Source: a virus (Duplodnaviria; Heunggongvirae; Uroviricota; Caudoviricetes). From it: a stretch of DNA of 15,913 bases. Positions 7,664 to 15,913 of the stretch are shown here, one piece after another (positions within the stretch are counted from its first letter, which is position 1; the number at the start of each line of letters is the position of its first letter). Both the position numbers and the translations under genes were made by a program. Location of the stretch: the IMG/VR virus record IMGVR_UViG_2909298281_000004; one strand, 5' to 3'. Under the pieces are notes generated by a model. The model saw only the letters and a list, made by a program, of their open reading frames with translations. It had not been told where the DNA came from and searched no databases.

Positions 7664-7966
7664 ATGAGCGATAAGCAGACTGAAAAGACCATTCAACTGG
7701 ATACCCCCATCAAGCGCGGTAAAACAGAAATCACCGAAATTGTGCTGCGTAAACCGCAGTCCGGTGCGCTGCGCGGTACACGCCTGCAGGCCATTATGGA
7801 TATGGATGTGAACGCGATGATGACCGTGATCCCCCGCATCTCCAGTCCGGCACTGACTGCACAGGAAATTGCAGAGATGGACCCGGCAGATCTCACTGCC
7901 ATGTCGGTTGAGGTTGTCACTTTTTTGTTGAAGAAGTCGGTGCTTGCCGGTTTACCGACAGCCTGA
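7664..7966 (+). CDS. E: Tail assembly chaperone E (P2 gpE-like)
   Basis: Small ORF between tube and tape-measure genes. It contains the slippery heptamer T_TTT_TTG at 7921-7927 and stops at 7964-7966. Confidence 0.85.
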   Translation: MSDKQTEKTIQLDTPIKRGKTEITEIVLRKPQSGALRGTRLQAIMDMDVNAMMTVIPRISSPALTAQEIAEMDPADLTAMSVEVVTFLLKKSVLAGLPTA

Positions 7967-8100
7967 CGGTTGACGATCTGGTGGCAGATATCGCCACCAT
8001 TTTTCACTGGCCGCCATCCGTTACTGACGTTATGCCGCTGACCGAAGTGCTGGAATGGCGGTATAAAGCGATTCAGAGAAGCGGGGCCAACGATGAGTGA
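7664..8100 (+). CDS. E+E' tail assembly chaperone made by programmed -1 frameshift
   Basis: After a -1 slip at 7921-7927 the frame stays open to TGA at 8098-8100, overlapping the T start at 8093. This matches the conserved gpE/gpE+E' arrangement of P2-like phages. Predicted from sequence, not shown experimentally. Confidence 0.7.
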
Positions 8101-11100
8101 TAACAACCTGCGTCTGCGGGTCATTCTTAATGCGGTTGACAAGCTCACCCGCCCATTTCGATCTGCGCAGGCCAGTTCAAGAGAACTGGCTGCTGCTGTC
8201 AAAAAATCCCGCGATGCAATAAAGCAGCTTGATCAGGCCGGGAGCAGTCTGGACAGCTTCCGAAAGCTGCAGGCAGAAAATCAGAAATTAGGCGACAGGC
8301 TGAACTATGCCCGCCAGCGTGCAAATTTGCTCAGTCAGGAACTGGGAGCGATGGGGCCGCCTTCGCAACGTCAGGTTGTTGCTCTGGGCCGTCAACGGCT
8401 GGCTGTTCAGCGCCTGGAAGAACGCCAGAAAAAGCTGCAGCAGCAGACGGCGCTTGTGCGTGCTGAACTGTACCGGGCGGGAATTTCTGCGAAAGACGAT
8501 GCGGGAGCAACTGCCCGTTTAGCCCGTGAAACATCACGTTATAACCAGGAACTTTCGAAACAGGAGGCGCGGCTGAAGCGACTGGGGGAAGCTCAGCGCA
8601 GGATGAATGCAGCGCGTGCCAGTTATGCCCGTTCGCTGGAGGTGCGTGATCGTATTGCAGGTGCCGGAGCCACCACCACGGCTGCAGGGCTGGCAATGGG
8701 TGCGCCAGTGATGGCGGCAGTAAAAAGCTATACCAGCATGGAAGATGCCATGAAAGGTGTGGCAAAGCAGGTCAATGGTCTGCGTGACGATAATGGCAAC
8801 CGCACTGCACGTTTTTATGAAATGCAGGATGCCATCAAGGCTGCCAGCGAACAGTTGCCGATGGAAAACGGTGCGGTGGACTTCGCTGCACTGGTTGAAG
8901 GTGGTGCGCGCATGAACGTCGCAAACCCTGACGACAGCTGGGAAGATCAGAAACGTGACCTGCTGGCCTTCGCCAGTACGGCAGCAAAGGCGGCAACAGC
9001 CTTTGAGCTGCCAGCGGATGAACTGTCAGAAAGTCTGGGGAAAATCGCCCAGCTCTACAAAATCCCCACCCGCAATATTGAACAGCTCGGTGATGCGCTG
9101 AACTATCTGGATGATAACGCCATGTCGAAAGGGGCAGACATCATTGATGTGATGCAACGTCTGGGCGGTGTGGCTGACCGTCTGGATTATCGTAAAGCGG
9201 CGGCGCTGGGTTCCACCTTCCTGACACTGGGCGCTGCGCCAGAGGTTGCAGCCAGTGCAGCAAACGCGATGGTGCGTGAATTGTCCATTGCCACCATGCA
9301 AAGCAAGAGTTTCTTTGAAGGGATGAATCTGCTGAAACTCAATCCTGAAGTGATTGAAAAGCAGATGACGAAGGATGCGATGGGAACCATCCAGCGCGTG
9401 CTGGAGAAGGTAAACGCGCTGCCGCAGGACAAGCGCCTGTCTGCCATGACTATGTTGTTTGGTAAAGAGTTTGGCGATGACGCGGCGAAACTGGCAAACA
9501 ACCTGCCGGAACTGCAGCGTCAGTTAAAACTGACAGCGGGCAATGATGCGCTCGGCTCCATGCAGAAAGAATCCGACATCAACAAAGACTCACTTTCTGC
9601 TCAGTGGTTGCTGGTCAAAACCGGAGCGCAGAACACCTTCAGCAGCCTGGGCGAAACGCTGCGCCAGCCGCTGATGGATATTCTGTACACGGTGAAAAGC
9701 GTCACGGGGGCGTTGCGTCGCTGGGTGGAAGCTAACCCGGAACTGACAGGCACACTGATGAAAGCATCGGCTGTTGTGGCTGCGGTTACCGTCGGCCTCG
9801 GCACCTTAGCGGTGGCGCTGGCTGCAGTGCTGGGGCCGCTGGCAGTGATCCGTCTGGGATTCTCTGTGTTGGGTATCAAAACGTTATCTTCCGTTACGGC
9901 AGCAGTAACTCGAACCAGCAGCGCGTTGTCCTGGCTGGCTGGCGCACCACTGGCACTGCTGCGACGCGGGCTTGCTTCATCGGGCAACGCCGCAGGTTTA
10001 CTTACTGCGCCGTTGTCGTCTTTGCGCCGCACGGCATCACTGACGGGAAATGTCCTGAAAACTGTAGCAGGTGCGCCGGTTGCACTTTTGCGGTCTGGAT
10101 TATCCGGTTTACGTGCTGTTGCTGTGATGTTTATGAATCCTCTGGCGGTACTGCGCGGTGGACTGGCCGCCGCAGGCACGGTGCTGCGAGTACTGGCATC
10201 TGGTCCACTGGCGATGCTGCGCGTTGCCCTGTATGCCATATCTGGTCTGTTAGGTGCTCTGCTCAGTCCGATAGGTCTTGTGGTTACTGCACTGGCGGGC
10301 GTGGCGCTGGTTGTCTGGAAATACTGGCAACCCATCACCGCATTTCTCGGTGGCGTGGTGGAAGGATTCAAAGCGGCGGCAGGTCCCATCAGTGCAGCGT
10401 TCGAACCGCTTAAGCCCGTGTTCCAGTGGATTGGCGACAAAGTGCAGGCGCTGTGGGGCTGGTTTACTGATCTGCTGACGCCCGTTAAGTCGACCTCTGC
10501 CGAACTGCAGAGCGCAGCGGCAATGGGGCGGCGATTCGGGGAGGCACTGGCGGAAGGGCTGAATATGGTCATGCATCCGCTGGACTCCCTGAAATCCGGC
10601 GTTTCCTGGTTGCTGGAGAAGCTCGGCATTGTCAGTAAAGAGGCCGCAAAGGCAAAACTGCCGGAAAGCGTGACGCGTCAGCAACCTGCGACGGTGAATG
10701 CAGACGGTAAAGTGATGATGCCATCGGGTGGTTTTCCATCATGGGGATATGGCTTTGCGGGGATGTATGACAGCGGCGGGTATATCCCGCGCGGGCAGTT
10801 TGGCATCGTCGGTGAAAACGGGCCGGAAATTGTTAACGGCCCGGCAAATGTGACCAGCCGGAGAAATACAGCTGCACTGGCTGCCGTTGTTGCCGGAATG
10901 ATGGGCGTTGCTGCCGCGCCAGCAGAGCTTCCACCGTTGCACCCTTTGGCACTTCCCGCGAAAGGTGGAGAAGCAATTGTGAGTCGCGCAGCCACTGTGC
11001 CGCTCGTTCAACGGATTGAGGCACCGACGCAGATCATCATTCAGACGCAGCCAGGACAAAGTGCGCAGGATATTGCGCGGGAGGTGGCACGCCAGCTTGA

Positions 11101-11170
11101 TGAACGTGAACGCAGGCTGAAGGCAAAAGCCAGGAGTAACTACAGCGATCAGGGGGGATACGACGCATGA
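8093..11170 (+). CDS. T: Tail tape measure protein (P2 gpT-like, 1025 aa)
   Basis: Very long ORF after E/E' with an N-terminal coiled-coil-like region, a hydrophobic Ala/Leu-rich repeat region and a C-terminal domain; its position is conserved in P2. Confidence 0.9.
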   Translation: MSDNNLRLRVILNAVDKLTRPFRSAQASSRELAAAVKKSRDAIKQLDQAGSSLDSFRKLQAENQKLGDRLNYARQRANLLSQELGAMGPPSQRQVVALGRQRLAVQRLEERQKKLQQQTALVRAELYRAGISAKDDAGATARLARETSRYNQELSKQEARLKRLGEAQRRMNAARASYARSLEVRDRIAGAGATTTAAGLAMGAPVMAAVKSYTSMEDAMKGVAKQVNGLRDDNGNRTARFYEMQDAIKAASEQLPMENGAVDFAALVEGGARMNVANPDDSWEDQKRDLLAFASTAAKAATAFELPADELSESLGKIAQLYKIPTRNIEQLGDALNYLDDNAMSKGADIIDVMQRLGGVADRLDYRKAAALGSTFLTLGAAPEVAASAANAMVRELSIATMQSKSFFEGMNLLKLNPEVIEKQMTKDAMGTIQRVLEKVNALPQDKRLSAMTMLFGKEFGDDAAKLANNLPELQRQLKLTAGNDALGSMQKESDINKDSLSAQWLLVKTGAQNTFSSLGETLRQPLMDILYTVKSVTGALRRWVEANPELTGTLMKASAVVAAVTVGLGTLAVALAAVLGPLAVIRLGFSVLGIKTLSSVTAAVTRTSSALSWLAGAPLALLRRGLASSGNAAGLLTAPLSSLRRTASLTGNVLKTVAGAPVALLRSGLSGLRAVAVMFMNPLAVLRGGLAAAGTVLRVLASGPLAMLRVALYAISGLLGALLSPIGLVVTALAGVALVVWKYWQPITAFLGGVVEGFKAAAGPISAAFEPLKPVFQWIGDKVQALWGWFTDLLTPVKSTSAELQSAAAMGRRFGEALAEGLNMVMHPLDSLKSGVSWLLEKLGIVSKEAAKAKLPESVTRQQPATVNADGKVMMPSGGFPSWGYGFAGMYDSGGYIPRGQFGIVGENGPEIVNGPANVTSRRNTAALAAVVAGMMGVAAAPAELPPLHPLALPAKGGEAIVSRAATVPLVQRIEAPTQIIIQTQPGQSAQDIAREVARQLDERERRLKAKARSNYSDQGGYDA
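9932..10262 (+). repeat. Degenerate tandem peptide repeats inside the tape-measure gene (about five copies of PLAxLRxGL)
   Basis: The translation shows APLALLRRGLAS / APLSSLRRTASL / APVALLRSGLSG / NPLAVLRGGLAA / GPLAMLRVALYA in series. Coordinates are approximate. Confidence 0.5.
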
Positions 11171-11652
11171 TGATGGTGCTGGGATTGTACGTGTTTATGC
11201 TGCGCACCGTTCCGTATCAGGAACTGCAGTATCAACGCAGCTGGCGACATGCGGCAAACAGTCGGGTAAACCGACGTCCGTCCACGCAGTTTCTGGGACC
11301 GGAAAACGACATGCTGACGCTTTCCGGTGTTCTTATGCCGGAAATAACAGGCGGCAGGCTGTCGTTGCTGGCACTGGAGCAGATGGCAGAACAGGGGAAA
11401 GCATGGCCCCTGATTGAAGGCAGCGGCACGATTTACGGCATGTATGTGATTGAGGGACTGAATCAGACTAAAACGGAGTTTTTCCGCGATGGTATGCCGC
11501 GCCGGATTGAGTTCACCCTGTCGCTCAAACGGGTGGATGAATCCCTGTCCGATATGTTCGGTGATCTCAGTGCGCAGCTGAATAATTTGCAGGATACGAC
11601 AACGTCTGCCTTAAGCGATATCAGTAAAACGGTGGGAGGGCTGCTGTCGTGA
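11167..11652 (+). CDS. U: Tail protein U (P2 gpU-like, 161 aa)
   Basis: ATGA overlap with the T stop; size and position match P2 gpU. Confidence 0.85.
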   Translation: MMMVLGLYVFMLRTVPYQELQYQRSWRHAANSRVNRRPSTQFLGPENDMLTLSGVLMPEITGGRLSLLALEQMAEQGKAWPLIEGSGTIYGMYVIEGLNQTKTEFFRDGMPRRIEFTLSLKRVDESLSDMFGDLSAQLNNLQDTTTSALSDISKTVGGLLS

Positions 11653-12749
11653 ATTTCAGCTCTGAACTGCTTAACAAAGGCAACAAAACTCCGGCATTCA
11701 GCATCAGTATTGAGGGTAAGGATATCACCACTGTGCTGGATAACCGCCTGATGAGTCTGACGCTGACGGACAATCGGGGCTTTGAAGCGGACCAGCTTGA
11801 TCTGGAGCTGGACGACGCCGACGGAAAAATCGTGCTGCCGCGCCGTGGTGCGGTCATTACGCTGGCGTTGGGCTGGAAGGGGCAGTCGCTTTTCCCGAAA
11901 GGAGCATTCACGGTGGACGAGATTGAACACACTGGCGCACCGGACCGCCTGACTATCCGGGCGCGAAGTGCTGATTTTTGTGAAACCCTGAATATCCGCC
12001 GTGAAAAATCGTGGCACAAGACCACCGTTGGGGAAGTGGTGAAGGAAATAGCTGTGCGGCACAAACTGAAGATGGCATTGGGTGAAGACCTGTCGGATAA
12101 ACCTGTGGAGCATATAGACCAGACCAATGAGAGTGACGGCAGTTTTCTGATGCGGCTGGCGCGCCAGTACGGTGCTATTGCGTCGGTGAAAAATGGCAAT
12201 CTGTTATTCATCCGGCAGGGACAGGGTAAAAGCGCCAGCGGTAAACCACTACCGGTTATCACTATCACACGTAAGGACGGCGACAGTCACCGCTTTACCC
12301 TGGCAGATCGCGGAGCCTACACGGGCGTAATTGCCAGCTGGTTGCATACCCGCGAACCCGCGAAGAAAGAAAGCACCACGGTGAAGCGTAAGCGCAGGAC
12401 TAAGAAGCAGAAGAAAGAGCCGGAAGCGAAGCAGGGCGATTACCTGGTGGGTACAGATGAAAACGTGCTGGTACTTAATCGCACCTATGCCAACCGGAGC
12501 AACGCCGAACGGGCGGCGAAAATGCAGTGGGAACGCCTGCAACGTGGCGTTGCGTCATTCTCGCTACAACTGGCAGAAGGTCGGGCGGATCTCTACACGG
12601 AAATGCCAGTGAAAGTCAGAGGCTTTAAACAGCCGATAGATGATGCGGAATGGACTATTACCACCCTGACGCATACTGTCAATCCGGATAACGGTTTTAC
12701 GACCAGTCTGGAGCTTGAAGTGAAGATTAATGATTTCGAAATGGAATGA
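11649..12749 (+). CDS. D: Tail protein D (P2 gpD-like, 366 aa)
   Basis: GTG start overlapping the U stop, with GGGAGGG upstream. It is the last late gene before ogr, as in P2. Confidence 0.85.
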   Translation: MNFSSELLNKGNKTPAFSISIEGKDITTVLDNRLMSLTLTDNRGFEADQLDLELDDADGKIVLPRRGAVITLALGWKGQSLFPKGAFTVDEIEHTGAPDRLTIRARSADFCETLNIRREKSWHKTTVGEVVKEIAVRHKLKMALGEDLSDKPVEHIDQTNESDGSFLMRLARQYGAIASVKNGNLLFIRQGQGKSASGKPLPVITITRKDGDSHRFTLADRGAYTGVIASWLHTREPAKKESTTVKRKRRTKKQKKEPEAKQGDYLVGTDENVLVLNRTYANRSNAERAAKMQWERLQRGVASFSLQLAEGRADLYTEMPVKVRGFKQPIDDAEWTITTLTHTVNPDNGFTTSLELEVKINDFEME

Positions 12750-12839
12750 TTCTTCGTAATAGAGAACTTTTAAGTTTTCAAAATGGAATAATGCGGTATC
12801 ATTATTGTGAATTTAGCAAAAATGGGGAGAACTCGAAAA

Positions 12840-13058
12840 ATGATGATTTGCCCACTGTGTGGAAGTGCCGCCCATACTCGCAGCAGTTTTCAGGTATCTT
12901 CATTGACCAAAGAGCGTTACAACCAGTGCCAGAACATTAACTGCAGCCATACTTTTGTTACCCATGAAACTTTTGTTCGTTCGATTGCAACGCCAAAAGA
13001 GTCAAATCCGGTTCAGCCGCATTCAATGAAATCAGGACAGGTGGCGCTCTCTCTTTGA
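12840..13058 (+). CDS. ogr: Ogr/Delta-type zinc-finger late-gene transcriptional activator
   Basis: MMICPLCGSAAHTRSS...KERYNQCQNINCSHTF matches the P2 Ogr pattern (CPLC...KERYHQCQNVNC). The ORF track extends to GTG 12807; I prefer the ATG at 12840 by analogy with P2 Ogr, which begins MFHCPLC. Confidence 0.8.
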   Translation: MMICPLCGSAAHTRSSFQVSSLTKERYNQCQNINCSHTFVTHETFVRSIATPKESNPVQPHSMKSGQVALSL

Positions 13059-13138
13059 CTCTGCCGCCAATTTGTCGCCATCGTTAAAAAACAGTGCTTC
13101 TAACATCATGATTTTAAACGGCATAAATTTCAGGCAAC

Positions 13139-13181
13139 AAAAAACCCATCAACCTTGAACCGAAATGGCGGGGTTGATGGG
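13139..13181 (-). terminator. Candidate Rho-independent terminator downstream of ybjL (minus strand)
   Basis: CCCATCAACC (13145-13154) pairs with GGTTGATGGG (13172-13181), and the plus-strand A-run at 13139-13144 gives a T-run 3' of the stem on the minus strand. It lies about 110 nt past the ybjL stop. The loop is long (17 nt), which weakens the call. Confidence 0.4.
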
Positions 13182-13293
13182 CTCCACAAAATGGGGACAT
13201 CAAAGAAAAGCAGTGGCACTAATTAAGACTGATGCCCTGCGGAAAAGTTCTGCGGTTGTGCAAAAAAATTTCATTTTCAGGGCAACTTCAGTT

Positions 13294-14979
13294 TTATCCT
13301 AATCCTGGCCATACCATGACGATGATTGTCCCTGCCAGCGTCAGCAGGACGTTGGCGATTGCGTAGGTGCCCGCGTAGCCCAGCGCAGGGATGTTACTGC
13401 GAGCTGTATCACTGATGATCTCCATTGCCGGCGCGCAGGTGCGTGCGCCCATCATTGCGCCGAACAACAGTGCGCGGTTCATTCGCAATACATAAGCACC
13501 GAACAAGAAACAGATAACCACGGGCACAAGACTGACAATTAATCCGGCAATCAACATCTGACCGCCAATCGCGCCCAGGCCGTTATTAATACCGCTACCG
13601 GCGCTCAGACCAACGCCTGCCATAAACACCATCAAGCCGAACTCTTTCACCATGCTTAATGCACCTTGCGGAATGTAACCGAAGGTCGGGTGGTTAGCAC
13701 GCATAAAGCCCAGCATAATTCCGGCGAATAACAACCCGGCAGCGTTCCCCATGCCGAAACTGAATGTGCTGAACTGGAAGGTGATCATCCCGATCATCAG
13801 CCCAATAACAAAGAAGGCGCAAAATGCCAGCAGGTCAGTGACCTGGCTGTGAATCGAGATAAAGCCGATGCGATCGGCGATGGTTTTTACGCGACGGGCA
13901 TCACCGCTGACTTGTAAAACGTCACCTTTGTTAAGCACGACGTTGTCATCTATCGGCATCTCAATCTGGCTACGAATGACGCGGTTAAGGAAGCAACCGT
14001 GATCGGTCAACTTCAGTTGTGCGAGACGTTTACCTACAGCGTTATGGTTTTTAACGACCACTTCTTCAGTGACGATACGCATGTCGAGAAGGTCACGATC
14101 GAAAACTTCTTTACCGTTACGGAAGCTGGGATCGAGTCGGGCATGGGCGTCGGGATAGCCTACCAACGCTATTTCATCGCCCATTTGTAGCACGGCATCA
14201 CCGTCTGGATTTGCCAGAATCCCGTTACGTCGAATACGTTCAATGTAGCAGCCGGTTTGTCGATAAATACCCAGTTCACGCAGATTTTTGCCGTCGGTCC
14301 AGGCCACCAGCTCCGGGCCGACGCGATAGGCGCGGATCACCGGTAAATAAACCTTACGGTTGGCATCAGTGTCCAGGCCACGTTCGCGGGCGATTTGCTG
14401 GGCGCTGGTCTGTAAGTCCTGATGCTGCAATTTCGGCAAGTAACGCGCACCAACAATCAAACTCACCAGACCGATTAAATAGGTTAAGGCATACCCGAGG
14501 CTCAGATTATCCAGTGCCAGTGAGAGCTGCCTGCTTTCCATGCCGGAATGACGCAGTGTATCGCCAGCACCGACCAGAACCGGTGTCGACGTCATAGAGC
14601 CTGCTAACATACCGGCCGTCAGGCCAATATCCCAGCCAAACAGCTTACCTAACCCTAAGGCGATCACCAGCGCACTGCCAACCATCACCAGTGCTAACAT
14701 TAGGTAATTTTTCCCATCGCGAAAAAAAATGGAAAAAAAGTTCGGTCCGGCTTCGACCCCGACGCAGAAAATAAACAGCATAAAGCCAAGATTAAGCGCA
14801 TCGGTGTTAATGCTGAAATGTTGTTGGCCTAATAACAGCGATACGACTAAAACGCCAATGGAATTACCCAGTTGGATCGAACCAAGTCGTAACTTTCCGA
14901 GACATAGCCCAAGCGCGAGGACCACAAATAATAACAGAATGTAATTCCCATTTAACAATTCGGCGACGTTTATATTCAC
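13294..14979 (-). CDS. ybjL: Putative transport protein YbjL (YidE/YbjL family, 561 aa)
   Basis: The 561-aa polytopic membrane protein [51 protein letters not shown]... matches E. coli YbjL as remembered. Confidence 0.9.
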
Positions 14980-15248
14980 GGAGGCTAACTTCTTGTTTAC
15001 TAGTAAGCTGTTGAAAGAAATGGTAATTTACGATAATGTTTTTTACCAGAATTCAGGGCGCAGATTCATTCAGCGCACCTAAACGATAGTAAAGTAACAA
15101 TATATTTTACTAGTGTAATCACATTAGGTATCAACGGCTATATGAATTGCGTTGGCCTATATTAGCATGGAATGCGAAGCGGCTTTATCTTACTGAACGC
15201 CACACTGGCGAAAAATGTGTTCGATAGACGCAGTGTCAGGAGGAACGA

Positions 15249-15626
15249 GTGAAACATAAACAACGTTGGGCGGGGGCAATCTGCTGTTTTGTCCTCTTCA
15301 TTGTGGTGTGCCTTTTTCTGGCGACGCACATGAAAGGCGCTTTTCGGGCTGCCGGGCATCCTGAAATCGGCTTGCTATTTTTCATTCTTCCTGGAGCAGT
15401 CGCCAGCTTCTTTTCACAGCGTAGAGAAGTCCTGAAACCTCTGTTTGGCGCAATGCTGGCGGCACCCTGTTCGATGCTCATTATGCGGCTGTTTTTTTCA
15501 CCGACGCGCTCATTCTGGCAAGAGCTGGCATGGTTACTAAGCGCGGTGTTCTGGTGTGCGCTGGGGGCACTGTGTTTCTTATTTATCAGTAGTTTGTTTA
15601 AACCACAGCACAGAAAAAATCAGTAA
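15249..15626 (+). CDS. ybjM: Inner membrane protein YbjM (125 aa)
   Basis: GTG start with AGGAGG 5 nt upstream; hydrophobic 125-aa protein at the position of ybjM between ybjL and grxA. Confidence 0.8.
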   Translation: MKHKQRWAGAICCFVLFIVVCLFLATHMKGAFRAAGHPEIGLLFFILPGAVASFFSQRREVLKPLFGAMLAAPCSMLIMRLFFSPTRSFWQELAWLLSAVFWCALGALCFLFISSLFKPQHRKNQ

Positions 15627-15646
15627 AGCCCTCAACGCGAGGGCTT
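15626..15646 (-). terminator. Candidate terminator hairpin between convergent ybjM and grxA
   Basis: AAGCCCTC-aacgc-GAGGGCTT stem-loop; on the minus strand it is followed by TACTGATTTTTT, so it may terminate grxA. Confidence 0.3.
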
Positions 15647-15655
15647 GTCAGACGA

Positions 15656-15913
15656 TCAGGCGTCCAGATTTTCTTTCACCCATGCAGCAAAATCGGTATA
15701 GCCGCCGATATGTTGCTGATCGACAAAAATCTGCGGCACGGTTTCTACGGGTTTACCTGCCTTTTGTTGTAGATCTTCTTTAGTGATCCCTTCCGCACGA
15801 ATATCTACATACTGATACTGAAAATCATCGCGTTCATTGCTCAATTTCTCAGCCAGATCTTTTGCACGCACACAGTAAGGGCAACCCGAACGACCAAAAA
15901 TAACGGTTTGCAT
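15656..15913 (-). CDS. grxA: Glutaredoxin 1
   Basis: 85-aa MQTVIFGRSGCPYCVRAKDLAEKL... with the CPYC active site matches E. coli GrxA. The start codon is the last three bases of the window, so the promoter is outside it. Confidence 0.92.
   Translation of the reverse strand: MQTVIFGRSGCPYCVRAKDLAEKLSNERDDFQYQYVDIRAEGITKEDLQQKAGKPVETVPQIFVDQQHIGGYTDFAAWVKENLDA

Noticed and set aside
7112-7696. 194-aa minus-strand ORF antisense to the tail tube gene
   Set aside because: Completely overlaps FII, whose identity is supported by position and P2-like organisation.
9601-10629. 342-aa ORF on the minus strand, plus other long antisense ORFs at 8331..8765, 10250..10684 and 10678..11059
   Set aside because: They lie entirely inside the tape-measure gene on the opposite strand, are Pro/Ser/Ala/Arg-rich as expected from antisense reading of GC-rich repeat DNA, and have no plausible start context or operon logic.
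11463-12268. Two overlapping minus-strand ORFs of about 215 aa antisense to U and D
   Set aside because: Antisense to well-supported, translationally coupled tail genes; Arg/Ser-rich composition typical of spurious frames.
12746-12940. 64-aa ORF overlapping the D stop and the ogr start region
   Set aside because: It is in a different frame from ogr across the conserved zinc-finger region and has no ribosome-binding site; ogr is the supported gene here.
13139-13190. Possible tRNA 3' fragment at the right attachment site
   Set aside because: The sequence lacks a GGTTCGAATCC-like T-arm and a CCA end, and the hairpin is better explained as a terminator.
1-15913. CRISPR array or a recognisable defence-system operon
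   Set aside because: No array of short direct repeats with spacers is visible, and no ORF carries nuclease, helicase or ATPase motifs outside the known phage and IS1 genes. The only unexplained coding capacity is in the small early ORFs and the int-cI small ORF.

Overview
This window is a defective, mosaic P2/186-family prophage lying next to the chromosomal genes ybjL, ybjM and grxA. From left to right it holds a 186-like lysogeny and early module (int, a small secreted ORF, cI, then apl/cox, cII and four small early genes on the other strand), a phage dam-like methyltransferase gene cut off by a complete 768-bp IS1 with no target-site duplication, a short tail-fibre fragment beside a Gin/Pin-family DNA invertase, and an intact P2-type late tail operon (sheath FI, tube FII, E and E+E', tape measure T, U, D) followed by ogr. 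Replication, head, lysis, baseplate and most tail-fibre genes are absent between the IS1 and the invertase, so the element cannot make particles. I found no CRISPR array, no tRNA and no ORF with a recognisable defence-system architecture; the most novel-looking item is a small AT-rich ORF for a secreted, cysteine-rich, cationic peptide between int and cI. All calls come from reading the ORF translations and the sequence by eye against remembered protein families, with no database search, so boundaries and family assignments are provisional.
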